Of a DNA stretch of 64,000 nucleotides, positions 55,488-64,000 are shown one piece after another (within the stretch, counting starts at the first letter, position 1; every line of letters starts with the position of its first letter). A model generated the notes under the pieces. It had not been told where the DNA came from and ran no database searches. It saw nothing but the letters and a program-made list of their open reading frames with translations. The position numbers and the translations under genes were made by a program. Source of the DNA: an uncultured Planctomycetota bacterium (GTDB lineage: Bacteria; Planctomycetota; PLA2; JAEUHO01); NCBI GenBank assembly GCA_963752285.1, contig CAVVXN010000004.1:64001-128000 (forward strand). The letters run 5' to 3'.

Positions 55488-56853
55488 GGGAGCGTGCGCA
55501 CCCGGGGGGCGGAAGGGGCTCGCCCGGCGGCGGTGGAGGCGCCGGCCCCGGCGGGGGCGTCGCGGCGGACGGCGCGGTTCCCGCGGGACCCGACGGCGCG
55601 GCGACGGGCGACGGCGGCGCGAGCGGGGGCGGCGGAGGGGACGGGGCGGGGACCGCGGTCGAAGGCGCGGGGCCGGGGACGACCCGCGCGCCGGCGGGCG
55701 GCGCCGGGACGACGCGCGGACCCGACGCGGCGACCTGGACCGACCGCGCCTCGATGCGTCGCAGCGCCTCGCGGCCTGCGGTCGTGGACGGCCAGGAGGC
55801 GGCGGTCCGCTCGAACACCTCGGCGCTCGCCAGATCTCCGGTCCGCCGGTACCAGTCGGCGCGCGCGAGGGCCTTCGCGGCGAGTCGGCTTCGCGCCTCC
55901 TCGGCGCGGGCGGTCGCGTACTGGATCTCGCGCCGGTACTCGACCGCACGGCCCGGGTCCTGTCGCATGCGCGCGAGGAACGCCTCGTACTGCTCGAGTG
56001 CGAGGGCCACGGCGCTGTCCACCGGACCGGCCATGATCGCCGCGTCGCCCTCGACCGGCTCGCGTGGGTCCACGCGCACGAAACCGGCCTCGTACGGCGC
56101 GCCCTGGTCGCGGGCCATGTACGTGTCGGCGAGCTCGATCCGCGCGCGGAAGCTCCATTCGCTGTCGGGGTAGCGCGTCAGGAGCTCGCGGTAGTGCAGC
56201 GCGGCGGACGCGTAGTCGCGATCCTTGGCGTAGTACTGCCCGAGGCGGAGCAGCGCGTCGTCGGGGTACGAGCCGGCCGGGAACGTCTCGGCGACGAACT
56301 TGAGCCCGTCGATCGCCGCGTCGTCGGTCCTGAGGAAACCGAGGAGGCCCGACCCCCCGTCCAGCGCGTGCACGGACGACTCGTAGATCTCCTCCTCGAC
56401 CTCGGCGAGGTGCGGGTTCACGGGCGCGATCTGCATGTAGCCCTTGAGTGCGCGGATCGCGTCGCGATACGCCCGCGCGCGGTACAGGGCGTGGCCCTGA
56501 CGGAATCTCGCCTCCGCGGCGTACTCGTACTCGGGATAGTGCTCGACCACCGACTGGAAGAGCGGCGCCGCGGCCGCCGGGTTCGTCGCGTCGAGCCGGA
56601 CCGCCTGCTCCCAACGCGCGCGCGCCTCGGCGAGCCGGCGGCTGGCCACCTGCCGGAGCGCTTCGGGGTCGGCCGCCGCCTTCTTCGGCGAGGATCCCGC
56701 CACGCCGCGCGCGCGGTTGTCGCCCGCGACGGCGTTCGGGATGAAGACGGCGGTCGCGGACGACGAGCCCTTGTGGGGGAGCTCGTCGAACGGGGTCTTG
56801 GTGCCCGCGCATCCGGCGACGAGGAGGCAGCCGACGAGGACGGCGTTCCGCAT
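55484..56853 (-). CDS. bamD: Outer membrane assembly lipoprotein BamD (frameshift in Pro-rich tail at ~55505)
   Basis: Lipobox VAGC, TPRs (HYPEYEYAAEA, RYPDSEW), RLAAKAL..ADWY; one extra base in the homopolymer gives stop 55484 coupled to lptE. Confidence 0.8.
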
Positions 56854-56934
56854 CGCCCCAAGATATCCGCGCGTACGGAGGCGGGGCAAAATCCACCGCG
56901 GCACGCGGGCGCGTGGTCGCTCTCGTGCCCCGGG

Positions 56935-57702
56935 TCACCGTGGGAGCGCGGCCAGCGACGCGGGACGACGCTCCAAGAGGTGGGGCAGCAGGAGGTCGTG
57001 GAGCCGGCGGAGCGCGCGCACCTCGGCGGACGCCAGCGGTTCTCGCGCGAGCTCGTCGATGCGCGCGGTGTAGAGCCGCACGAGGGCCTGGCGGAGCGCG
57101 GGCGAGAGCGACGCGCGGGGTCCGTCTGGCGCGCACCGCGCGTGCACGAGACCGCCCGCCGCCGGCGAGAACGCCGCGCCTCCGCCCACCGCGCGCTCGC
57201 ACACCGCGCAGGCGTCCAGCCGCGGACGCAGCCCGACCGCCGCCACGGCGCGCGCCTCGAACCAGCACACCCACGCCGCGCGCGCCACCGTCTCGGCGAG
57301 GCCGAGCGCGCCGAGCGCGGTGCGCGCGGCGCCGTAGAGGGCGGGGTTCGGCAGCGCGGGTCGGAGCCACGCGCGCAGGATCTCGACCACGTAGGAGGCG
57401 GCCAGGTACGCGCCGAGGTCGCGGCCGAGCCCGGGGAAGGCGCGACCGTGTCGGAAGCGCAGGAGAAGCTCGAGTTCCGCGCCGGCTCGCCGCGAGAGCT
57501 CCGCCTCGCCCCGTTCGAGGAGCGACAGTCCGCCCTCGAACGCCGCCCCGGGCCGGCGTGCGCCTTTCGCGAGCGCGGCGACGAGACCCTGTTCTGGCGT
57601 CGCGAGGTGCACGACCTGGCTCGTCTCGGCGAATGGGATCTGCCGGATCACGATCGCTTCGGTCGTGTACCGCGCACCCCCTCGCCGTCCGGGGCGCGGC
57701 AC
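56935..57702 (-). CDS. recO: DNA repair protein RecO
   Basis: TEAIVIR...FAETSQVV.L.T...G...A.AKGARR, P.LDACAVC, FSP..GGL. Confidence 0.9.
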   Translation of the reverse strand: MPRPGRRGGARYTTEAIVIRQIPFAETSQVVHLATPEQGLVAALAKGARRPGAAFEGGLSLLERGEAELSRRAGAELELLLRFRHGRAFPGLGRDLGAYLAASYVVEILRAWLRPALPNPALYGAARTALGALGLAETVARAAWVCWFEARAVAAVGLRPRLDACAVCERAVGGGAAFSPAAGGLVHARCAPDGPRASLSPALRQALVRLYTARIDELAREPLASAEVRALRRLHDLLLPHLLERRPASLAALPR

Positions 57703-57755
57703 CCCCCCGGCCGTGGACCGCGCGGACGTCTGGCGGGCCGACCGCGCCACGAGGC

Positions 57756-59063
57756 TCACGCGCCGTGGGGCGTGGAGAGGACCTCGACCCGCACGCGTTT
57801 CACGGTTCGTTCGTCCGCGTCGGTCACGGTGAGCGCGACGTTCTCGACGGTCACGCGGTCGCCCGCGCGCGGCACCTTGCCCATACGGTGGAAGACGAGC
57901 CCGCCCACGGTCTCGTAGTCCTGATCGACCGGCAGTGAGAGGGAGAGCATCTCGTTCAGCTCCTCGAGCGACGTGCGTCCCTCGACGAGCAGCGTGCCGT
58001 CCTTCCCCGGCGTCGGCGGCGGCTCCTCCGCCAGGTCGTGCTCGTCCTCGATCTCGCCGACGATCTCCTCGAGCACGTCCGCGATGGTCACGAGTCCCGC
58101 GACGCCGCCGTACTCGTTCATCACGATCGCCATGCTCACGCGGCGGTCGCGCATCTCGTTCAGGAGGTCGTTCAGCGGCTTTCCCTCGGGCACGAAGTAC
58201 GGGGGGCGCATGATCTCGCGGACCCGCGCGCGCGGGCGTGCCTGCGAGAGCTCTCTCAGGATGTCGAACGCGTGGATCACCCCGACCACGTCGTCGCGGT
58301 CGCGCCCGTACACGGGGAGGCGGCGGTGGCCGTGTTCGAGCACGTAGCGGACGGCGTCGTGGAGCGTCGCGTCCGCCCGGATGGTCGCGACCTCCCCGCG
58401 CGGCGTGAGCACGTCGTCCACGGTGAGCTCGCCGAGATCGATGATCGACTCGATCATGTCGGCCTCGTGCGCGCTGAGGCTGCCCTCGCGCTCGCCCTCT
58501 TCGACGCTCTCGAGCACCTCCTCGCGCGCGCTCGGCGCCGGCTCCTCGAGGCGCACGCGCAGGATCCAGCGGAAGAGCCGCGCGAGGGGCCACCGGATCG
58601 GTGCGGTCACGACCGTGAGCGCCGAGAGCCACGGGAGCGCGCGCAGGAGGAAGCGGTTGGGTCGGCGCGAGGCCAGGTGGCGGACCAGGAGGTCGTTCAC
58701 GAGGAAGCTCACGAGGAAGGTGATCGCCAGCGTCAGGCCGAGAGGCCCCCAGGGGAACGCCGCGCTCGACCCGCTCGCGCCGAGCTTGTCGTGGAGGGTC
58801 AGGAGCGCGATGCCGGCGACGAGCAGCGCGCTCCCGACGAACCTCGCGATGCGCACCGAGAGCTGGTACACGCCGGAGCGGTCGAGCCGGGCCTCGACGC
58901 GCGGTCGGGCGGCGGGCGGCGTGAGCTCGAGGAGTCGCGAGCGGCTGTAGAGGTCGAGGGCGACCTGGGACCAGGTGCTGAACACCACCAGCATCTCGGC
59001 GAAGAGGAAGCAGGCGGCGAACGTCAGGTCCGACGCGAGGGAGGCGAGCATCACCGATCCCAT
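57756..59063 (-). CDS. Hemolysin-family CNNM-CBS-CorC protein
   Basis: TM region, V.DV.TPR, R.PVY..D.D.VVG, PYFVPE, NEYGG.AGLVT..D.LEEIVGEIEDE, ETVGG. Confidence 0.92.
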   Translation of the reverse strand: MGSVMLASLASDLTFAACFLFAEMLVVFSTWSQVALDLYSRSRLLELTPPAARPRVEARLDRSGVYQLSVRIARFVGSALLVAGIALLTLHDKLGASGSSAAFPWGPLGLTLAITFLVSFLVNDLLVRHLASRRPNRFLLRALPWLSALTVVTAPIRWPLARLFRWILRVRLEEPAPSAREEVLESVEEGEREGSLSAHEADMIESIIDLGELTVDDVLTPRGEVATIRADATLHDAVRYVLEHGHRRLPVYGRDRDDVVGVIHAFDILRELSQARPRARVREIMRPPYFVPEGKPLNDLLNEMRDRRVSMAIVMNEYGGVAGLVTIADVLEEIVGEIEDEHDLAEEPPPTPGKDGTLLVEGRTSLEELNEMLSLSLPVDQDYETVGGLVFHRMGKVPRAGDRVTVENVALTVTDADERTVKRVRVEVLSTPHGA

Positions 59064-59146
59064 GCGGGCGACGTCGCCTGGTGGAAAGAAGGGCAAGGGC
59101 TGGGCTCCGAGGGCGAGGCGATCGGGGGGACCCGACCGGGCGTAGG

Positions 59147-59743
59147 TTACGGGCGCCGGGCGAGGCTGTCCCTGGGTTTCGTCCTCACGGCCCGCTCGGC
59201 CCTGCGGATCGCCTCCCGGATCCGCGCGGACGGCCCGTCCACGCCGCGGCCCGCGTCGCCTCGGCCGAGGAGGTGGCAGATCGCCAGCGCGAGGGCGTCG
59301 GAGGCGTCCAGCGCCTCGGGCGCGGTCCGAAGTCCCAGGAGACGCACCACCATGGCCTGCACCTGCTCCTTCGTCGCGCGACCCGCGCCGGCGACCGCTC
59401 GCTTGACGACGTTGTTCGCGTAGCCCGTGGCCTCGACGCCCGCTTCGGCGACGACGACGAGCGCCGCGCCGCGCGCCTCCCCGAGCTTCAACGCCGCGCG
59501 GGCGTCGCGGCCGTGGAACGCCTCCTCGATGGCCGCCTCCGTCGGCGCGTATTCCCGGACGACCTCGCGCAGGCCGGCGGCGATCCGGGCGAGTCGCGTC
59601 GCGAGCGGCGCCTTCGCGTGCGGCGCGAGGACGCCGTGCCCGAGCGCGACGAAGGCGCGACCCCGCCGCTCGACGACGCCCCACCCGAGGAAGCGCGTAC
59701 CGGGATCGATGCCGAGGACGCGTACGATCTCCGATCGCGCCAT
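59147..59743 (-). CDS. ruvC: Crossover junction endodeoxyribonuclease RuvC
   Basis: LGIDPG, AIEE.F, LGEARG, VK..V.G.GRA.KEQV, DASDALA. Confidence 0.96.
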   Translation of the reverse strand: MARSEIVRVLGIDPGTRFLGWGVVERRGRAFVALGHGVLAPHAKAPLATRLARIAAGLREVVREYAPTEAAIEEAFHGRDARAALKLGEARGAALVVVAEAGVEATGYANNVVKRAVAGAGRATKEQVQAMVVRLLGLRTAPEALDASDALALAICHLLGRGDAGRGVDGPSARIREAIRRAERAVRTKPRDSLARRP

Positions 59744-59761
59744 ACCACCATGCTAGTCCGC

Positions 59762-59980
59762 GTACGGAGCCAGAGCAATTCGTCCGAATCACGCTCCGCG
59801 GAACCGGTGTACGGAGCCAGAGCAATTTGTCCGAATCAGGCTCCGCGGAACGGCCGCTGTCTCGCGAGGGATCCGGTCGGGTCCCGACGAATGGCTCTCG
59901 CGGCCCGCCCGGCCGGCCAGCCGCTGCCCTTCTCGTGCCTGCGGGAGCCGTGGCGAGTCGGACAAATTGCTCTGGCTCCG
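59762..59980. repeat. Direct + inverted repeat cluster (MITE/REP-like)
   Basis: 43-bp direct repeat at 59762-59804 and 59809-59851 (2 mismatches); exact 23-bp inverted copy of 59812-59834 at 59958-59980. Confidence 0.85.
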
Positions 59981-59998
59981 CATGTACTGGCTGGGGGA

Positions 59999-60691
59999 TT
60001 ACTCTTGTTGGAAGAGGCCCTCCGCGAGGCGTAGGTCGTCCGGCTCTGCGATTCGGAGGTTTGTGATCTCGCCGCGTACCGCGGTCACGGGGATGCCCGC
60101 CTGGAGCAGGAGCTCCGCCTCGTCGTCGAGGTCGGGACTCGGGCCGAAGAGTCCCGGCTCGCGTCGCCGGGCGAGTGCGCGGCGGAGCAGGTCGAGGCGC
60201 GCGGCCTGCGGCGACTGCGCGAGGCCCAGACGGGACCGGTCGAGGCTGCCCTCGAGACGGCTCGGGTGCGCGTCGTCGGCCGGGCTCACGGGGTGGACCG
60301 CGTCGCGGACGGGCGCGACCGGCGCGGCGGCGCCGTCGCGTCGTGCCGTGGCGAGCACGCGACGTACGAGGTCGGCGGTCGCGAGCGGGCGCGACGCGTC
60401 GTGCACGAGTACCACCTCGATGGTGTCGGGCAGCTGGGCGAGGCCGCGCTCCAGGCTCTCCACCCGCGTCGCGCCGCCCTCGACCTGGCGCGCGTGCGGC
60501 AGCAGCCGCTGGACCGCGCGCTGGTCCTCCTTCCGCGTCACGACGACCAGGGCGAGGCTCCGGACCGCGACCAGGAAGGGCGCGAGCGCGCGCACGATCA
60601 CGGGCTTGCCCGCGAGCGGCCGGAGCACCTTCGAGACCGGGCCTCCGAACCGGGCCGAAGGGCCGGCGGCGAGGAGCACGAGACCGTCCAC
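59999..60691 (-). CDS. ispD: 2-C-methyl-D-erythritol 4-phosphate cytidylyltransferase (divergent)
   Basis: LLAAG...RFG....K, GGATR.ES, VHDASRP, AQSPQ, NLRI..PDDL. Confidence 0.85.
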   Translation of the reverse strand: MDGLVLLAAGPSARFGGPVSKVLRPLAGKPVIVRALAPFLVAVRSLALVVVTRKEDQRAVQRLLPHARQVEGGATRVESLERGLAQLPDTIEVVLVHDASRPLATADLVRRVLATARRDGAAAPVAPVRDAVHPVSPADDAHPSRLEGSLDRSRLGLAQSPQAARLDLLRRALARRREPGLFGPSPDLDDEAELLLQAGIPVTAVRGEITNLRIAEPDDLRLAEGLFQQE

Positions 60692-60758
60692 GCCGGGATG
60701 GTACCGGAGGCGGCCCGCGGCGGCCGCATCCGAGGTGGCCGGACCGTACAATCCGCCG

Positions 60759-61262
60759 GTGCGCGTCGGGATCGGCTCCTACCTGCGTCCTCTCGAGCCC
60801 GGGCGCGTGCTCGTCCTGGGCGGCGTGAAGATCGAAGGCGCCTGGGGTTGTCGCGGACCGGGCGACGGCGACGTCCTCCTGCTCGCCGTCACCGACGCGC
60901 TCCTCGGCGCCGCGGGCCTCGGCGACCTCGAGGACCACCTCCCCGAGGAGGCGCGCGAGGTCCCGAGGCCGGGCGTACCCTCCGTCGCGACGCCGAGCGC
61001 CGTCCGGCTCGCGGAGGCGGGCGTCAAGGCGCGTGCCCGAGGGCTCGTCCCGGCGAACGTGGACGCCACCGTGGTCCTCGACCGGCCCGACGTCCGCCCC
61101 CACCGCCCGCGCATGGCTGCGCGGATCGCAGAGGTGCTCGGCGTGGACCCGAGCGCCGTGAACGTGAAGGCGGTCGCGCCGGGCGGCATCGGCGTGCCGG
61201 GGCGAGGCGAGGGGATCCTGGCCCACGCGGTGGTCCTCCTCGAGGACGTGGGGGGCCGGTGA
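60759..61262 (+). CDS. ispF: IspF-fold protein lacking Zn ligands
   Basis: RVGIG..., LVLGGV.I, DGDVL..A.TDALLGAAGLGD, NVDATV, VNVKA, GRGEGI. Confidence 0.8.
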   Translation: MRVGIGSYLRPLEPGRVLVLGGVKIEGAWGCRGPGDGDVLLLAVTDALLGAAGLGDLEDHLPEEAREVPRPGVPSVATPSAVRLAEAGVKARARGLVPANVDATVVLDRPDVRPHRPRMAARIAEVLGVDPSAVNVKAVAPGGIGVPGRGEGILAHAVVLLEDVGGR

Positions 61263-61828
61263 GGGGCGTTCGACGCGCCGCCGTCCTCCTCCTCGCGCCG
61301 CTCCTCGGCGCGTGTACGACGAACCCCTCGGAGCCGAGCAGCGCCTCGTCCAAGGCCGACACCGTTCGTTCAATGGCCGTGAACGTGCTCACGCTCCGGC
61401 AGGGCACGGTGAGCGACCTCCGAGACCTCCGCGGGACGGGGCCGTTCCGCCGCTACGACGTGTCACCGGACCACCTGCTTCACGTCGTCGAGACCGCGGC
61501 GCACGAGGCGCGCGGCGCCGGCGGCCACCGCGTCGAGGGGGTCTGGGCCTCCGAGCGGCGCCTGGAGGTCATCGCGAAGGAGCGCGCCCCCGAGGACCAG
61601 GCGCGGACGTCCTACGACCTGCCCTGGCGCTCCGCGATGGTCGCGACGATCCACCGGGTCCCCGGCGAGCCGGGCGCGAGCCTCCTCGAGGTCCACGCGA
61701 AGGACCGCGGGCCGTTCGACCAGGGCGTGGTGCGGTGGGAGCGGGACCTCCCGCGCTGGATCGACGAGGTCCTCGACCGCGGGCGCCGCGGGGACGACGG
61801 CGAGAACGGGGTGCGGCCGCTGCGGTAG
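61259..61828 (+). CDS. Hypothetical lipoprotein
   Basis: Lipobox LLGAC; GTG overlaps ispF stop. Confidence 0.7.
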   Translation: MRGVRRAAVLLLAPLLGACTTNPSEPSSASSKADTVRSMAVNVLTLRQGTVSDLRDLRGTGPFRRYDVSPDHLLHVVETAAHEARGAGGHRVEGVWASERRLEVIAKERAPEDQARTSYDLPWRSAMVATIHRVPGEPGASLLEVHAKDRGPFDQGVVRWERDLPRWIDEVLDRGRRGDDGENGVRPLR

Positions 61829-61847
61829 CGGTGGACCGCGCGGGGCC

Positions 61848-63041
61848 CTACCGCTCGGCGTGGTCGGCGGCCGCCTGCTCGAGGCGCGCGGCGCGCTGCT
61901 CCATCAGGCGCTTCTCGTTCTCCTTCCACCACCGGTGCCACGCGCCGACGTCCTTTCCGAAGTCCTCTCCCGAGAGCTTCGCCATGGCGTTCGCGTACGC
62001 CGGGACCTCCAGCGCGTAGAAGGTCTGCTCGGTCGCGACCACCTTGACGGCCTGGACCGCGCCCTCCTGGAGGGTCCCGACGATCGGGTCGGCGATGAAC
62101 GAGGTCTGCGCCACCTCCACGTCGAAGTCCTGGATGTACGAGATCTGCCGGATCGACGCGAAATAGGCCCGCGGGAAGTCGCCGCTCCGCTTCTCCCACT
62201 TGACCAGGACGTACCCCATGCCGAGCTCGTCGCCGAGGGTCGCGATGGCTTCCGCCGCGTGCGCGCGGACCTCGGCGTATCGACTGTCGAGCGCGCGCCC
62301 CAGGGGGTAGATCGTAGACGGCGCGCCGATCTCGCGCAGCGCGAGCGCGCACTCGTGGCGCACGTCCGCGTCGGGGTCCTCCACCGCGCGCTTCAGGAGC
62401 GCGGGGACGGCCAGCGGGTCCGCGAGTCGAGCGAGCGTGCGCGCGGCGAACACCCGGAGCGACGCGGGCTTGCACCGGAGGGCCTTGGCGAGGGGCGCGA
62501 GTAGGAACCGCGCGTCCTCGAGGCCGATCTGCCGGGCCGCCTCGCGCACGCGCTCCGGCCGCTCGGACGAGATCATCCCGAGGAGACCCATCACGTGCTC
62601 CTCGCCGGCGCGCTGCGCCGCGGCCTCGCGTTCGGGACGTGTGGCGGCCGCGAACTCCTCGGCCGTCAGCCACCGGCCCGCATGGTGCACGAAGCCCTTC
62701 GCGCGCCAGAGGTCGTCGCCCTCCAGCCACCGCCCGTCCACCTGCTCGAAGCCCAGCGCGCGCCGCGCGGCGGGGTGGTCGGGGTCGGCCTCGATCACCC
62801 GGGCGAACGCCTTCTTGGCGAGATCGTCGAGACCCGCGGCCTGCGCCTCGAGCGCCAGCCGGTACGCGGAAGGCGCGACCTCGGCGTCCGCGACGTCGTC
62901 CAGGGCCTGGAGACGCTGCTCGATCGACGCGCGCGCGGCGGTCGGCGTGTCGGTCGGGGGCGTCGCGTCGCCCGCCAAGGCGACGACGGGGAGGAGGAGG
63001 AGGAGCAGGAGCGAGGCGAGGAGGCAGGCGCGGCGGACCAT
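61848..63041 (-). CDS. Secreted HEAT-repeat protein with secretin-like beta-hairpin
   Basis: Signal peptide, DPDH..ARRALGF...DGRW motif, HEAT repeats (VR..AA..L), QISYIQDFDVEVAQ..IADP insert, W..WW tail; GGAGG SD at ATG 63041. Confidence 0.8.
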   Translation of the reverse strand: MVRRACLLASLLLLLLLPVVALAGDATPPTDTPTAARASIEQRLQALDDVADAEVAPSAYRLALEAQAAGLDDLAKKAFARVIEADPDHPAARRALGFEQVDGRWLEGDDLWRAKGFVHHAGRWLTAEEFAAATRPEREAAAQRAGEEHVMGLLGMISSERPERVREAARQIGLEDARFLLAPLAKALRCKPASLRVFAARTLARLADPLAVPALLKRAVEDPDADVRHECALALREIGAPSTIYPLGRALDSRYAEVRAHAAEAIATLGDELGMGYVLVKWEKRSGDFPRAYFASIRQISYIQDFDVEVAQTSFIADPIVGTLQEGAVQAVKVVATEQTFYALEVPAYANAMAKLSGEDFGKDVGAWHRWWKENEKRLMEQRAARLEQAAADHAER

Positions 63042-63142
63042 CTCGAACCTCCGGCGGGGCATCTTCGCCCCGAGGTGAGAACGCGTGCGCGGCGGGGTCG
63101 GAATCCGCGCGGACCGTCCCCCGCCGGGCGGGGCGCGCCGGG

Positions 63143-63973
63143 TCAGTCCTTGAGCGAGAAGTCGCGGCGCGCGGTCCGCCAGGCGCCGAGCGAGAGGGCC
63201 ACGGCCGCGATCACGAGCAGCGTCACCACGGACTCGCCGGGGCTGGACGCGGTGACCCCGATCGGCACGAGTTCCACCGACGCCTGGGGGCCGTGCACCA
63301 CCGGGAGGACGCCCGCCGTCAGATGGTCGTGGACCGCGCGGACGTGGAACATCACGGAGTACTTCTGCATCGCCCCCGGAACGCTGGAGAGGAGCGTCTC
63401 GATCACGAAGGTGTACACGAGCCCCGCGATCAACCCGTGCTTGAAGAGCGCGCCGAGCGCGTAGTAGATCGAGCCGAGCGCGAGGCTCGCGAGGACGGCC
63501 GTGACGGGGATCGACCACGCCGCAGTGCCCGTCGGCGCGACGCCGCTCGCGAGCCACAGGACGAGGAGCACGGCCACCGACACCACCGCGGCGGGGATCC
63601 AGCCGGCCAGGAACCGCACGACGAAGAACGTCGCCCGGCGGACGGGCCGCGCGAGGACGTAGACCAGCGTCCGCCCGTGGACCTCCATCGCGTACCCCTC
63701 GCTCGCCAGGAAGAGCGCGACGAGGGGGAGCCCGAACGTGAGGATCGCCCGGTCGAGCACGCGGGCGAGCTCGCGGGCCGGGTGGTGCGCGCGCGCGACC
63801 TGGCCGCCGAGCAGGAGCGCGAGCCCGCAGGCGACGCCTCCGAAGATCAGGACGCGGCGCCAGCGCACTACGCGCACCAGGCCCCAGCCGAAGGCCGGCG
63901 CGAAGCCCGCGAGCGGACCGAAGCGCCGACGACGTTCGGGCAGGAGGTCGGGATGGGCCGGGGCGTCGTTCAT
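63143..63973 (-). CDS. ABC-2 type transporter permease
   Basis: Six TM helices, E...RTLVYVL.RPV.R motif. Confidence 0.85.
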   Translation of the reverse strand: MNDAPAHPDLLPERRRRFGPLAGFAPAFGWGLVRVVRWRRVLIFGGVACGLALLLGGQVARAHHPARELARVLDRAILTFGLPLVALFLASEGYAMEVHGRTLVYVLARPVRRATFFVVRFLAGWIPAAVVSVAVLLVLWLASGVAPTGTAAWSIPVTAVLASLALGSIYYALGALFKHGLIAGLVYTFVIETLLSSVPGAMQKYSVMFHVRAVHDHLTAGVLPVVHGPQASVELVPIGVTASSPGESVVTLLVIAAVALSLGAWRTARRDFSLKD

Positions 63974-63999
63974 CGGGTGAGGTAGCGGAAGACCGCCTC
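63970..63999 (-). CDS. 3' end of probable ABC ATP-binding protein (partial)
   Basis: EAVFRYLTR-stop overlapping the permease start; typical LE.VF.YL ending. Confidence 0.6.
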   Translation of the reverse strand, partial: EAVFRYLTR

Positions 64000-64000
64000 C

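Noticed and set aside
59762..59851. Possible mini CRISPR array
   Set aside because: Only two direct copies separated by 4 bp, the third copy is inverted, and there are no spacers or cas genes

Overview
Very GC-rich bacterial chromosomal window, probably Planctomycetota (inferred from YTV-like Cys-rich, HEAT/secretin-like and vWA-like proteins; not proven). Several single-base indels, some in essential genes, point to long-read or assembly errors. The left ~39 kb is accessory. It holds a hydantoinase/oxoprolinase pair, a Zn-finger membrane protein, a TPR protein, a DUF222/HNH nuclease, a B12-radical SAM enzyme, a TolC-MFP-ABC (MacAB-type) exporter, three hybrid histidine kinases (one a ~2100-aa poly-HAMP kinase split by five +1 frameshifts), secreted peptidases, several deletion-scarred gene remnants, an XRE/S24-like repressor, a Skp-like protein and an orphan secretin. 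The right ~25 kb is core: pnp, rpsO, ruvX, AsmA-like, alr, tsaB, glmM, cdaR, cdaA, folP, ftsH, lptE, bamD, recO, CBS/hemolysin, ruvC, ispD, ispF, a HEAT protein and ABC genes. Best leads: (1) a secreted protein whose sequence is a unit-by-unit mirror image around a DPxTG turn, predicting one giant beta-hairpin; (2) an XRE-S24-like repressor divergent from a sigma70 promoter with two matching operators, driving an ORF-less ~200-nt terminated RNA; (3) an intact IspF lacking all Zn ligands, divergent from ispD; (4) a MITE-like repeat upstream of ruvC; (5) a secretin-like beta-hairpin inside a HEAT protein; (6) a leaderless-transcription signature. No CRISPR, rRNA or tRNA was seen.
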